From assembly GCF_009834535.1 (NCBI RefSeq), contig NC_045696.1:114454001-114518000 (forward strand): DNA of 64,000 nt, given 5' to 3'. This stretch comes from Camelus ferus. Its lineage: Eukaryota. The notes under the pieces were generated by a model that was not told where the DNA came from, did not search any database, and saw only the letters and a program-made list of their open reading frames with translations. Positions within the stretch are counted from its first letter, which is position 1. Each line of letters begins with the position of its first letter. Positions 22,791 through 36,239 of the stretch are shown in pieces. Both the position numbers and the translations under genes were made by a program.

Positions 22791-24688
22791 TAAAGAGCCA
22801 GATGGAAGGTAACAAGATGGGTCATTCCTAAAAACATTGGACACCCACTTAGCAACTTCCTTTTTTTGTGAGCCCTGGTACATATCACTGGATGGCCACA
22901 TGCTTGGTTCAAACCTTGAATGATCTAAAAATACGCAAGTTGGTTTCTTATTTGGGATGGTTGCCTACCCCAATGCTGATGCTTTTTCATGAGTGTGGCT
23001 GCTAGTGGAAGAGGAAATACAAGATAGATAATCATTCCAATGCTCCACCTTCCTTTTACAGATACAACGGAAACAGTGGTTTAATCATTAGATGTTTTAT
23101 TGCTGCCTAAAATGGGTAAAATTCTTCTTAAATGTTCCCTTCGCTTTGGAAATTCATTTGATGGCCAGTTGGCTATTATGCAATTTCATGATGAATCTGA
23201 TAACTCTTATTTTGTGCTAGGGTTTTGCTGGAAGAGTCCTTCCTACCTGTTACCATCACTTGACTTTTCTCCTGAACTTCAACTAGCCTGGAACAGGCTA
23301 CATAAACAATTTCGAGTTTCTACAAAGCAAAATAAGGTTAAAACCTCAAGCAAGGCTTGAATTAGTCTACATTTCTTCCACTTTTATTAACAAAGAATAA
23401 AAAATCTGTAAACTCTAAGCTTTTCTACAAGTTGAAACATTTTGTGTAAAAGAGTCAGGACCAGAGATCTTGAATTCAGTAACTTTCCATTTTGATCAGC
23501 TAATTTTGTGTTACACTCACTAGATCAGATGTACTCTCTCCGTCAATCAGGATTGTGAGGCTTTTAGGCAAGCCTAGATAAATGTGAGTGAGCTGAAGTA
23601 GTCTCCGGGACAGTGAAAAGTCTACTCCTCTACATTTTTTGGAAGCTAGACAGCTCAATTACCCGAACAGTTTTCATGTAATGGAGATGCAAGTGAAATG
23701 AATAATGACCTGGACGGGCGCCAAGGAAAGAATTCTGATGGCAAAGAATTGAAATCAATGTGCTCACTTTTCCCTGAGCACTAATGTGAGGAGCTTTGTT
23801 CAGTGTTATTTGCTTTTATAACCAGCATAATACTATTCCCACAAAAGGGGAAAAATTAAGATCAGAGGCCACGCACGTACTGTAAGTGATTTCCAGGCTG
23901 ACAGAAGTTAAGGATCTGGGCTACAATGCATGAAAGACTTTTTCCATTTTTCAAGTTTGTGAAGATCAATCAGTTCCTCCGTACGATGGAAACTATCCCA
24001 TAAAAAGGAAAGCGGGAGAGAAAGCTACTTGTAAAATGTGTTTTATTGGAAAATAACACACCCAGGCTCTGTAAGTGAGCCGTTTAAATTTTCAGTGCTA
24101 GAATATAAAAATCGGTCAAGAGACATATTAAAATAGATCATGGTGAGGCTGTTCCAGTGACTGTCACGGATAAGCCAGCAGCATGTTGTAGGTAATATGG
24201 GTTTTTTGCTAGGAAGTTTCGGCTATAACCAGATAGGTTCAAAGTGGCAGCCACTCATAAACCCGTAGGTGGTAATGGAGTTCTTTTAAGTCAGTGTCTC
24301 TTCTCACTCCATCGAGTCTGCCACCTTCTTTAAAGCCCGTTTCATCTTAATAATCAACACCCGGGAGGAAGACAGGTGGTCGCACCTCTTAAGAACCTGT
24401 ACAAGTTGTTTCCTTGACAGAGTGCTGGTTACAAAAACCACTTGTCTAGAGCTACTACTTTGGCTATATTGAAGATTCTGGTACCAAACTGAGTACAGTA
24501 AAATGGAATGAACCCTAAAAGGTTAAAGTAGAAACAATACGTTCTCTATCTAGTGCAGTATTTTAAAAAAAATTCAATCAGTTACCAGTATTCTAAAGTT
24601 GGGTGATTATATACACACAAACACATACCCAGACAACACACACACACAAATCCCAGATTCCCAATGTCCCATTAAGGACTGGAAAATT

Positions 24689-25161
24689 ATTCAGCCATAA
24701 AAAAAGAATAAAATAATGCCATTTGCAGCAACATGGATTGACCTAGAGATCATCATTCTAAGTGAAGTAAGCCAGAAAGAGAAAGAAAAATACCATATGA
24801 TATCACTCATATGTGGAATCTAAAAAATAGAGAAAAAGGACACTGTGAACTCATCTACAAAACAGAAACAGACTCGCAGACATAGTAAACAATCTTCTGG
24901 TTACCAGGGAAAGGGGCTGGGAGGGAATAAATTTGGGAGTTTGAGATTTACAAATGTTAGTCACTACATATATCAAAATAGATTAAAAAAATATTTCTTC
25001 TGTATAGCACAGGGAACTATGTTCGATATCTTGTAATAACCCTTAATGAAAAAGACTATGAAAGTGAATATATGCATGTATATGCATGACTGGGACTCTG
25101 TGCTGTTCACCAGAAATTGACACATTGTAACTAACTATACTTCAATAAAAAGAAAACAAAT
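24689..25161 (+). mobile_element. LINE-1 3' fragment with TSD
   Basis: ORF2 end + 3'UTR + AATAAA tail; tggaaaatt at 24680-24688 and 25162-25170. Confidence 0.9.
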
Positions 25162-26289
25162 TGGAAAATTGTAGCCATGGAGATGCCTTCTGGCCGCAAC
25201 TCACTGTTGCCAAGCCAAGACTGTTCCCTTCAGGAGGGTTAAGTCTTGACAAAGGTAAAAAGTTCCCCATGTTACTTTTTTCTTAGTCCTAGTCAGCATT
25301 GGTGATCTGCCTGGATCCTTTCAGAATCTGAGCTGAGAGCCCCAAATTAATTGAATGTAAATCTTTTTGTAAAGTGGAGATGGCTAATCGAAATCTGTTA
25401 GCGCTTTTCTAAGCCCCGAGTCCTAAATATGCAGAACCAAGCCTTAACAGTGTTTTTCCAACTTCTACTTCATTCTCTTTGATTCTGTTTGCGTTTGCTA
25501 CCATAGAACAGTAGTGAATTAGACTCACTCTGGATGGGAGATGTGGGAAGGAGAATTGTGCGAAAGGACATTCCCTGTGGCTGTCTTGGGATGTCTCTTA
25601 GATGGGATGTGACCCCATCTAAAGATGCTTGCAGCAGGAGAAAATAATTAACTTTATCCTCTGAATTGCCAGTCTTTCTGGAGGGCAATATACTAAGGAG
25701 TTTATAAAAAGCCTTAAAAGCTTATATATCCTTTAACCCAATAATTTCATTCCTGGAAACATGTTTTGAAGGAATTAGCAGAGATGGGCACAAACATTTA
25801 TTGTGCTAATATTTATAACTGCAAAATATTTAGATTGGGTCTACATTTTAAAATTAGAATAAATTATGACACATCCTTATGAATTGAAGCTGTGCAGCCA
25901 CTGGAAGTGATATTTCAAGGAATATTCAATGACTGTGTAAATGTCTATGCTATATTATAAAATGGATGAAGATAGTAAGATTCCAGCTCTCTGAAACTCA
26001 CATTTGTTGGCAGATATACATGGAAAAAAAAAAAGCAGAATGATTTCATAACAAAATATTTATAGTAATTATCTAGAATAATGACTTTCATTTTTTTCTC
26101 TTTTCTATAATTGCCAACTTTTTGGCCATGAATAAGTACTTTTTATAATAGGAAAAAAACACATTATTTTAAAATTCTTTCCTCCTATTCCTCTTCTAGC
26201 TTTACCTCCAGACACTACCCCCTCCCCAGCTGTTAACAACTGGAATCAGAAGAAAGAATTTAAAAAGTCAGATTAGTCACCAAGTGATT

Positions 26290-26445
26290 CATGTTAGAGC
26301 ATCTTAGTCAAGAGCCAGGCTGCTTGAGTTCAAGTACCAGCTCAGATCCTTTTGGGTTATATGAGGTTCAGCAAGTACTTAGCTTTTCCATACCTCAGTT
26401 TCCCCATCTGTGAAATGAGTATGTGAAAATTCTAACATCATAAGG
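26290..26445 (+). mobile_element. MIR SINE (appears to resume at ~29232)
   Basis: cctcagtttccccatctgtgaaatg core; gattaaataagttaata after the L1. Confidence 0.75.
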
Positions 26446-26783
26446 ATTCATTGACCCAAAATAAACTGACTGCTAGATATTTCTCCAGCAAAGATGGGCT
26501 CATTTGGGATAGCAGAGAATTGCAATTCAGGATATGCAATCATGGTGAGTCACAGTGCAAGTCCTGGAAGGACAAAGGAAGGAGAATGCTTTTACAGGGA
26601 AGAAAACGAAGCTGGGAGGGCTGTAGTAAACAGAGTCTGTATTTTTCATTGGCTGAGTCCTTGACAAGAAAGAAGAAAAGTTTTTCTTTTTCCTGTTGGG
26701 CTCTGCTGTTGTTGTGGGGTGTGAGCCTGCCCCCTTTTGGTCTCTTAACATTATTTAAGTGGGGTTTCTGTTTATTAATTCTC
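26446..26783 (-). mobile_element. ERV LTR fragment
   Basis: atttgggatagcagagaattgcaattcagga, resembling the LTR at 8173-8605. Confidence 0.5.
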
Positions 26784-26784
26784 A

Positions 26785-29231
26785 ATTTTTTAATTGAAAT
26801 ATAGTTGATTTACAGTGTTGTGTTAGTTTCAGATGTACAGCAAAGTGATTCAATTTTACACACACACATATATATGCTTTCTTGTTCAGATTGTTATCCA
26901 CTACAGGTTATTACAACAAATTGAATATAGTTCCCTGTGTTACATTCGGTCCTTATTTATATATTTTATATATAGTAATGTGTCTCTGTTAATACCAAAC
27001 TCCTAATTTATCCCTCTTCCACCTTTTGCCTTTGGTAACCATAAGTTTGTTTTCTATGTCTGTGAGTCTGTTTCTGTTTTATAAATAAGTTTATTTATAA
27101 CATTTTTTAGATTCCACATATAAGTGATATCATATTTGTCTTTCTCTCTCTGACTTACTTCATTTAGTATGATAATCTGCAGGTCCATCCATGTTGGTGT
27201 AAATGGCATTATTTCATTCTTGTTTATGACTGAGTAATATTCCATTGTGTATGTATACCACATCTTCTTTATCCAGTCAGCTGTCTATGGACATTTAGGG
27301 TACTCTCATGTCTTGCTGTTATAAATGGTGCTGCTATGAATATTGGGGTGCATGTATCTTTTCAAATTATAGTTTTCATCTTTTCCAGATATATGTCCAG
27401 GAGTGGGTTTGCTGGATCATATGGCAAGTGTATTTTTAGTTTTTTAAGGAGCCTCCATACTGTCCTCCATAGTGGCTGCACCAAACTGCATTCCCACCAA
27501 CAGTGTAGGAGAATTCCCTTTTCCTCACACCCCCTCCAGCATTTATTATTTGTAGACTTTTAATGATGGCCATTCTGACTGGTGTGAGATGATACCTCAT
27601 TGTAATTTTGATTTGCATTTCTCTAATAATTAGCGATGTTGAGTATCTTTTCATGTGCCTATTGGCCATCTGCATGTCTTCTTTGGAGAAATGTCTATTG
27701 GGATCTTCTGCTCATTTTTCTGATTAGGTTGTTTGTTTGTTTGATATTGAGCTGTATGAGCTGTTTGAATATTTTGGAAATTAATCCCTTGTCAGTTGCA
27801 TCATTTGCAAATATTTTCTCCCATTCCTTAGATTGTCTTTTCATTTTGTTTAGTTTCCCTTGCTGAGCAAAACCTTTACATTCAATTAAGTACTATCTGT
27901 TCATTTTTGCTTTTATTTCCATTACTCCAGTAGACAGATCCAAGAAAATATTGCTGTGATTTATGTCAAAGAGTGTTTGCCTCTAGGAGTTTTAAAGTAG
28001 CTAGTCTTACATTTAGGTCTGTAATCCATATGGAGTTAATTTTTGTATATGGTGTTAGAGAATGCTCCAATTTCGTTCTTTTATATGTAGCTGTCCAGTT
28101 TTCCTAGCACCACTTATTGAAGAGACTGTCTTTTCTCCACTGTTATTCTTGCCTCCTCTGTCATAGATTAATTGACCTTAAGTGTGTGGGTTTATTTCTG
28201 GGTTCTCTGTCCTGTTCTAATGATCCATGTGTCTGTTTCTGTGCCAGTACCTTAATGTTTTGATTACTTTAGCTTTGTAGTATAGTCTGAATTCAGGAAC
28301 GGTGATTTCTCCAGCTCTGTTCTTTCACAAAATTGCTTTGGTTATTCAGGGTCTTTTGTCTTTCCATACAAATTTTAAAACTTTTTGTCCTAGTTCTGTG
28401 AAAAGTACCATTGGTATTTTGATAGCAATTGCATTGAATCTATAGGTTGCCTTGGGAAGTATGGTCATTTTAACAATATTGATTCTGGCAATCTAAGAAC
28501 ATGGTATATCTCTCCATCTGTTTGTGTCAACTGCAATTTCTTTCACCAGTGTCTTACAGCTTTTGGAGCACAGGTCTTTTACCTCCTTAGTAAGTTTATT
28601 CCTGGGTATTTTATTATTTTTAATGTGATGGTAAAGGGGATTGTTTCTTTAATTTCTGTTTCTGATAATTCACTGTTAGTATACAGAAGTGCAACAAATT
28701 TCTGTATATTCATTTTATATCCTGCAACTTTACTGAATTCATTGATGAGCTCTAGTAATTTGGGGGGGGGGGTCTTTAAAGTTTACTATGTATAATATCA
28801 TGTCATCTGCAAATAGTGACAGTTTTACCTCTTCCTTTCAAATTTGGATTCCTTTTATTTCTTTTTCTTCTCTGATTATTGTGGCTAGGACTTTCAAAAC
28901 TGTGTTGAATAAAAGTGGTGCGAGTGGGCATCCTTGCCCTGTTCCTGATCTTAGAGGAAATGCTTTCAGCTTTTCACGTTGAGTATGATGTTAGCTGTGG
29001 GTTTGTCATATGTGGTCCTTATTATGTTGAGCTATGCTCACTCTGTGCTCACTTTCTGGAGAATTTTTATCCTAAATGGATGTGGAATTTTATCAAAAGC
29101 TTTTTCTGCCTCTATTGAAATGATCATATGGGTTTTATTCTTCACTTTGTTAATGTGGTGTATCACATTGATTGACTTGTGGATATTGAAAAATCCTTTC
29201 ATCCCTGGGATAAATCCCACTTGATCATGAT
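26785..29231 (-). mobile_element. 5'-truncated LINE-1 (RT region to 3'UTR), decayed
   Basis: ORF track: [42 protein letters not shown] (L1 RT) and [13 protein letters not shown]. Confidence 0.95.
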
Positions 29232-30289
29232 CACAGATTAAATAAGTTAATATTTTTAAGTACTGAAAATAAAGCCTCATTTATTTTAGATGCTTTCTGT
29301 GTTTATTGACTAGATCAATAGAGCATGAGGGATTTAGGCTAGAAATGGCAATGACAACATTTTAAAAGTTAGGTTATAAAATTTTGAGGATATTAGTTTG
29401 TTTCCTTTGGATTTTTGGAGTGACCAAAAACAATTTGCAGTCCATTGAGCTTTATGGGGTAGGTCAGAGTAATTGGAAGTTCCATTGACCACCTGGTGAC
29501 AGTATAGCAAAGAATTCTAGAATCTTTTCTCCTGGAGTTCCGCAAGGACAGGATTGGACTCATGAGCATTGCTAGAGGGATTCTGTAGTGCAGTTTTGAC
29601 TGCGAGTGATGTAATTTAATGGATCATTAAAGTAAAGGAGGCCATAAACTCACATAAAACTGCCAGGATGCATATTTTGCTTGTCTCAGAAGAATCTGGG
29701 AACATCAGTTTAACAGTCGAGTGCCAATGTTCTGGAGCCAAAGTTAAAAATAATAATAATAAAATTATTATTAGAGGTTTTTCTAACCACCTACTAAATA
29801 CAAATGAGATTAAATTATATACACTAGCCTGGGGACTGTAGGAAAGGGAATATTTTAATTTTAGTGGAAAACGTGTATTTCCTCACTTGGAAGCATCCCT
29901 GAGTCTGGGGTTTCCAGCCTTCAAGGAGCCTAACACAACCATCCCCTGCTTTTGCAGCAGGAAATTCCTTGACATATTGTAAGCACTCAACAATTGCGTT
30001 AGAGAAAGTGATTAGGTTGCTGGAGCTGATATTTTAGGTAAATTAGCAATTTATATTTTAGAACTCTAAGTAAATAACTTTTAGTTTCAGGACTTATTTG
30101 GACCAATACTTGGAATATCTGAGCAATATTTAGATCAAATATTGGTCATTGCCGGCTTCCCAAGCTTGCAACCATTTGTAACCCCTTTCCCTCCCTCCCA
30201 AATCTAGGCACACGTCTAGCGTTAGGCAGATCTACTGATCAAGTACATCTATCTGAAAGCTAGGAGCTACCATCAACATTAGAAAACAG

Positions 30290-30960
30290 GGGTTGTGGTT
30301 GTTAACTTGCCAAACTAGTGGGCCTTCTTGTTACTTGCATGTGCTGATCCCTCCGCTAAGAATACTTCATCTCTAGATACTTGCATGCTGCCTTCAGGTC
30401 TCCAATCAAGTGTCAACTTATCAATGGACTCTTCCATCCATCTTATATAGGAGGGTGACTCCCTTCGCTGCACCGCCGTCACACCCACGCATGCACATAC
30501 TTACATGGAGGCACCCCTGTGTCTTTAACCTGGCTTTATTCTCAGTGATGGAGTTTACAGTTTTCTGAAAGACTGAGTGTTTACTCATTTGGATATTTAT
30601 TTTTGGCCTCATCCAAATTAGAATGGAAGCTTCATGAGGACAGGGACTTGACATAATTTGTATTCTCAGCGCTCGACCTTGTACCTGGACTCAAAGTGCT
30701 CAATAAATATTTGATTAAGTGTACAAATGAGTGAATGACCATTTATTGAGAGCCTCATGTTTTAGTTTGTTCTGATTGTATAGGAAGCATTATCTCAGGT
30801 TATCTTTGAAACTGTCCTGGGAGGTGAGAACTATTATTTCAGGTTTTCAGGGAGGAAACGGACCCAGAGAGGTGAAGCAGCTGCCAAGGGGGGCACAGCC
30901 AGTGAGCAATGAAGCTGCGCTTCCAGCCCAAGTGCCCCCAAAGGCGAGACTGCTGCAACC
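30290..30960. mobile_element. LINE-2 3' end followed by MIR
   Basis: gaagcttcatgaggacagggac..gtgctcaataaatatttg; gaggaaacggacccagagaggtgaag. Confidence 0.7.
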
Positions 30961-31426
30961 TGGGGGGCCTGATGGGCTGGGTCTCCGTTAGCCTCTGCCT
31001 TCCTCCTCTCCATGGGAAATGCCGCGGTCAGACTTGCTCAGCATCCCGATCTTTCTGTGGCTGGAGTCCTCTTTTGCCACTGTCAGTTTCCCCTCCAAAG
31101 CGCTGGAGTGCTGTTCCTGGGCCCTGCCTACGAGGTGGGGGGGCCCCCTCTGAGCAGAGTTCCCCCACGCTGTCTGCCTGCCTAGACTCTAAACACACCT
31201 GCTCCTCAGAGAGTCCTGTTCAGATTTCTACCACCTCAAGTCAGACTTGCTGTCTCTGGAGCACATGTATTGAGTGTCCCCTTCCCCCAGGCTCTGAACC
31301 ACATTCAGTGGGAACAAGACAGACACGCTCCCTGCCCATGAGGAGTTTTCGGTTCACTGCGGGGAAGTCTGCCCCTGAATGAGCCATTGCAGGTGTGATG
31401 AAGGTTCTTCCAGATTGCTCTCTTGC

Positions 31427-31642
31427 AGGGCTAACGAATTTGTTCCTTAGAGGGCCAGAGAGTAAATATTTGAGGCTTTGTGAGTCTCCTGGTCTTGTCG
31501 CAGCTACTTACTCTGGAACTGCAGTGCACAAGAAACCAAAGACCTTACATAAATAAACGAGCTTGACTGTGTTCCAGAAAAGTTTATTTACAAAAGCAGA
31601 GGATGGCTTGGACTGAGCCTGCAGCCCTGCTTTGCTAACCAG
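31427..31642 (+). mobile_element. MER58A-like hAT-Charlie MITE
   Basis: agggccagagagtaaatatttgaggctttgtg..cagctacttactctg..tgtgttccagaaaagtttatttacaaaa. Confidence 0.85.
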
Positions 31643-33249
31643 CTTTCCTTTGTCGACTTGGCTTTGGTGAGACTTACATTTCCCACAGCCCCATCCCAGG
31701 AGGGTGTTGGACTGGAACAGGTCTGAGATTTTGGGAGCCTAAGGAAAGCAGCCCCCATCACGAGGTTAAGGATTCTGGCAGGTGGAGATGATGGGAGGTG
31801 GTGAGAGATGGAGCGAGGTTCCAGGTCATCCTGCTGAGTGCCCAGCTCTTCTTAAGGCCAGCGATGTGTCCAGCCCTGACCCCACCCCCCAGAAGACACT
31901 TTGCTATGAACCCACCAGCAGCTTATGCCAAGCTTTCCAGGTATCTCTGAAAACTGAAACTTGCTCCCCTGCCCCTTTGCTGGTGTTTTTCTCCTTTCTT
32001 TGTAAATTTCTCTCTCCAGGCCTTCCAACACTTGTCTAAGCTCCAACTTCTATAATAAGCATCTTATTCCATTGCACTCAGAGTGCTTTCCTGATTGGAC
32101 TGTCCTTAAGGGATTAAGTCCACAAAGGGATGAGGTTTTCTTAGGCAAGCCCTCAGTGTTCATTCCCAAGCATTTCTCCCACTGACGGCGTGTCTCCCTC
32201 TCTCCTCTGGCTCATTATTGCCCTCTCCATCTTTGAATGTCCTTTATTTTGGTTTTCATTATTATCTTACAGTGGATTTAAAGCTAGAGATGGGTAAGGT
32301 ATTTTTGATAAAAGAATTATACCAAACTGTTCATCAAGTAAGACAGACACATTCTTGCAAACAGCCACCATGTGTTTGCTTTTTCCTTTGCCCTTGTGGT
32401 AAGACCTAATGGAGACCCTGGCTGGGCTGCGGTACCAGCCCTAGGTGTTCTTATCAGACAGATCCTAATTCAAACCTCTGTACTCTCTGGGTAAGCCTGG
32501 GCAAGGTTATTTACCATTTTAGTATCTGCATTAGCTCACGTGTTTTAAGGAAAACAGTAGGTACTGAGGGATGGTGGGAGGGTGAAGTATGGTACTATAC
32601 AGTTGGCTGGACGTTTAGTGGCTAAGAGATTTCCTGTCACTGCCCTGAGCCTGCCCCTCTGTTGTGGTCTTGGCAGTCCTGCTCCCTGCCGTGGTCCATC
32701 ATGCATGTTACTGTGATAGCAAGATGCCCTGCCCTCCGCTCAGGCCCAGCATGCTTGAACATGGCTAGCAGCAACAGGGACTCCCAATGTGGCATGACTT
32801 GCCACCCGGGGATGCTGGCAGAGGAGGGGAGAAGACGGGAACGAGCCCCTAATTTCTGAATGAATCTACAACATATAGATGGCTCTGAGACCCACCCCCG
32901 GGAGGATGTGATAAAAAAAATTCCTGTACCAGCAGCAGATTCTTGCATTTCTAAATGAAACAGGCAGGTGTAATTGCTTCACCTGCAATGATCGACACGG
33001 TAGCCCCTCCTCCAAAGAGTCAACCCTTACCTGGCTGAATGCTACTTCTTCCAGGAAATCGTTTCTGATCCTTCCAGCTGCAAATCTCCCTTTTATCTAA
33101 ACTCACATAATGCTTGCTTGTTCTCTGAAGATACAAACCTTTTGCACAACCGTTAAAAGTGGAAATTAAAGTTGAAGTGTACATGCCAGTTTTTTAATAG
33201 TATATACATGTGGGAACAGTTGCTTTTTTTTAGTCCCAGTTTCTTCATC

Positions 33250-33412
33250 TTTATTTAAAAATTTTTTTCATCTTTTAAAAATTGTAGTACAGTCAGTTTA
33301 CAATGTTGTGTCAATTTCTGGTGTACAGCATAGTGATTCACTTATACATATACATACATATATTCCTTTTATATTCTTTTTCATTGTAGCCTATTACAAG
33401 GTATTGAATATA
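33250..33412 (-). mobile_element. Very short LINE-1 3' end inserted in a MIR
   Basis: cagtttacaatgttgtgtcaatttctggtgtacagca; flanking repeat tcatcttta; MIR core split (cagtttcttcatc / tttaaaacagagataat). Confidence 0.8.
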
Positions 33413-34444
33413 TCTCATCTTTAAAACAGAGATAATATGAGTACCTACTTGCCTGACATGCTGTAAGCAGTCACTACACGATAGCTGTTACCGATCTTAG
33501 CGTGTGGTTAGCTAAGTTCTGTTCCTCTCTTGTATGAATATGCTAGGGAAAAAAATCTATGTTTGGTTTATCATACCTATGGCTTTGATCAGTATTGTAG
33601 ATTCCCAAATCATGTTTGCTGAACGAATGTACTTAGGTAATCTAGTAAAAATGATTCATCAGGGGAAGGGAAACAGATCAATATGCTTGGATGTATTTGC
33701 TTCTTGTAGACATGCACTTAGGGCTGAAAACACCACAAGGTGAAAACACTTTGTGGTGTTTTCAATCATATAACTTTAAATATTTAAGGCCCCAGATTGA
33801 CCTTTTGTTGTGCTTTCTGCCTCTTGCCCTCAGAACTTATTTCTAATCCACTCTGAGCTAACCCCTGCTGGCATCAGCCCCATAAAAGAAAATGAATGTT
33901 CTTATTCCTAAATGAATAATGACACTGCTACTCGTTTTTTTTTTTTTTGTTTGTTTTTTTTTCCACAGGGGATTCTTCCTATGTCTTACTGGAGCAGTGA
34001 GACACACTGAGAAAGGACTTCGACATTCTTTTCTTAAAATAGGAAGAGACATCTCAAAAGCGAACATTTCACGTTTGTTTTCGGTGCTCCTGACACATGT
34101 CTTAATTTACAGTTACAGAGAATCTCTAGGTCTGAGGAAAAGACCTGAAATGGGGAAACTTGGCAGACTCTGCCTTCTCCCATTACCCCATGGATAATGG
34201 ACAACTTCATAGCGATGACAGCTTGGGACACAGTTCTAGAAATTCTTTTCTCATCAAACATGCGTTAAATGTGTGTGTCTGCACGTGTATTTGAATATTT
34301 TTTTTCTCTTCGTTTTCTCTAAGTGTTAAATAGTGCGGCTCTCTCCATTAGTAGCTTGGCATCTGTAAGAAGCGGGGAGAGCAACAGAGAATTAGTTATT
34401 TTATCTCCAATTTAGGACTAACCTGTGTGAAACAGCACCCCAAC

Positions 34445-34580
34445 TGCGGAGACAGCGGTACGTCTTCCTTCTTCCTTCCTCTCCCGCCCCTTCCTCCTCT
34501 TCTTCCTCCTTCGTCTTTCTTCAGCCTCTTTTTTCCTTCTCCTCCTCTTCCTCTTCCCCTTCCTTCCTCCTTCTCTTTCT
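34445..34580. repeat. CT-rich low-complexity tract
   Basis: Polypyrimidine run of cttc/cctc units. Confidence 0.9.
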
Positions 34581-35576
34581 TCAGATTCTGTGCTCAGTTC
34601 TTAGAGAAGAAGAAATCACATAACATACTCATTCTTTTCACAGAATAAGCACCATCTCTAGGGATGTCAAATTATCATTTAAGTTGATCTGATTCTGAAT
34701 TCCAGCCTCTCACTGAGAGCTTTTGGTAAACCTGTCTGAAAATCGCCTCAGTCGTACCCTCCCTCTCTGAACTTAGCCTGCCCCATTATGATGACGGAAT
34801 GGCATCTGATTTTAAGAGTGTAAATACCACACTGAATTTCACTCTGAGCGTTTCATCCTTCACTAGGGGGTTACAGCTTTATGGCTCATCGATGAAGTGC
34901 AGCAAGGATGGTTAGAACCTAGGAAATAAAGGTAGAGTTCATCACGCATAGGGTTTCATTTCCTAGGAAAGAAAGATTTTTTTTAATGTAATATATTTTT
35001 CATATTACTTCTTCTTGTTTATGGTCAAAATTGTATTTTTTTAGCATCATGATTCACCAACAGAGATTTATTTACTGCATTCACCCTCGATGATATGCGT
35101 TAAAGGTAGAAGGGAGCTTTGGAGATCAGCTAGCAACCTCCGCTGTTTCACACAGGGGGATATCCAGGCTCAGAAGCTGTGTTTTGGCCTAATTGATTAG
35201 CAGTGGAAGCAGAAGAAAAATTCAAGTTAGCTCTTACTAGCAATGCAAATCACATTGCTTGCTCCTAGTGAAGGTCGTCAGAGCATCAAGAAAGTGTGGA
35301 TTGAAAGTCGTGATGACCACAAAACTAGAGCACATGAAGATGAGGATGCCCCCCTTGTCAGACTGAGTCTGGTTCAAATTCCACACTTTCTAGCTGGGTC
35401 CTTTGGGGCAGGTTGCTTAATTCTCTCCACACTTCTATTTCCCCAACCGAAAGAAAGTGTGAAATACAAGTGTTTTCCTAAGCAAAGGGATTGGGAAAGT
35501 TACTGTCAGACACTAAGTATGCAATGAGTTTTATTGCATATTGTATTATTACTATTATTTGTAATAGTAGTAGTAT

Positions 35577-36075
35577 TGTTGTGGGGGAATAGGGTCTTGC
35601 CTCACACAGGAAAGAATTCAAGAGTAAGGCATGGTAAAGTGAAAGCAAGTTTATTTAGAGAGATACACACTTCACAGAGAGTGGGGTCTGTCTCACTCAG
35701 GAGGGAAAATGGCTTAGGAGACACACACTCCGTAGACAGAGTGCGGGCCGTCTCAGAAGGTGAGAGAGAGAGAGACCACGAGGTGTGGAGGTGCTGGATT
35801 CATGGGCTCGGTAATTTCATATACTAAGATGTAAGGGGATTATTCCAACTACTTTGGGGAAAGGGTGAGGATCTCCAGGAAACGCCCCCACTGCCCATTT
35901 TTTTTTGGACCTTTTACGGTCATCCTAGGAGCTTCCACGGCCCTTTGGCTGTGCCATGAGGCTCAAGGTCAACTGGAAGTCGACTCTTCCACCATCTTGG
36001 TTCTGACCAGTCTGGCCTGTGCTCGCTGCTGTGTCAGTCCTTCAGCGGCTGTGCCTGCCCCCTTCCCTCCACTTC
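35577..36075 (-). mobile_element. ERV1 solo LTR (MER41-like)
   Basis: aggaaagaattcaagagt..gtttatttagagagatacacac and caccatcttgg, the reverse complement of motifs in the 16338 LTR. Confidence 0.75.
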
Positions 36076-36239
36076 AGTGGTGGTGGCAGTGTTCGTGTCA
36101 CACTTATTCTTAGTGTTTATACTTCTCTTCCTTGGACTAATGTTTCCTGTGGTGTTTAGGGTCTATGATATTATATAATTAAGAAGGGTTCAACTGAAGG
36201 TTGGGGTTAGGTGGGTCCTTACTGATAAAATAAAGAAAC

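Noticed and set aside
30909..31382. 157-aa ORF
   Set aside because: GC-rich; overlaps MIR and L2 remnants; no recognisable domain.
33930..34200. Strong splice-acceptor-like site (T-tract + ccacag at ~33968)
   Set aside because: No coding signal or supported donor site; T-tracts produce such sites by chance. A non-coding exon cannot be excluded.
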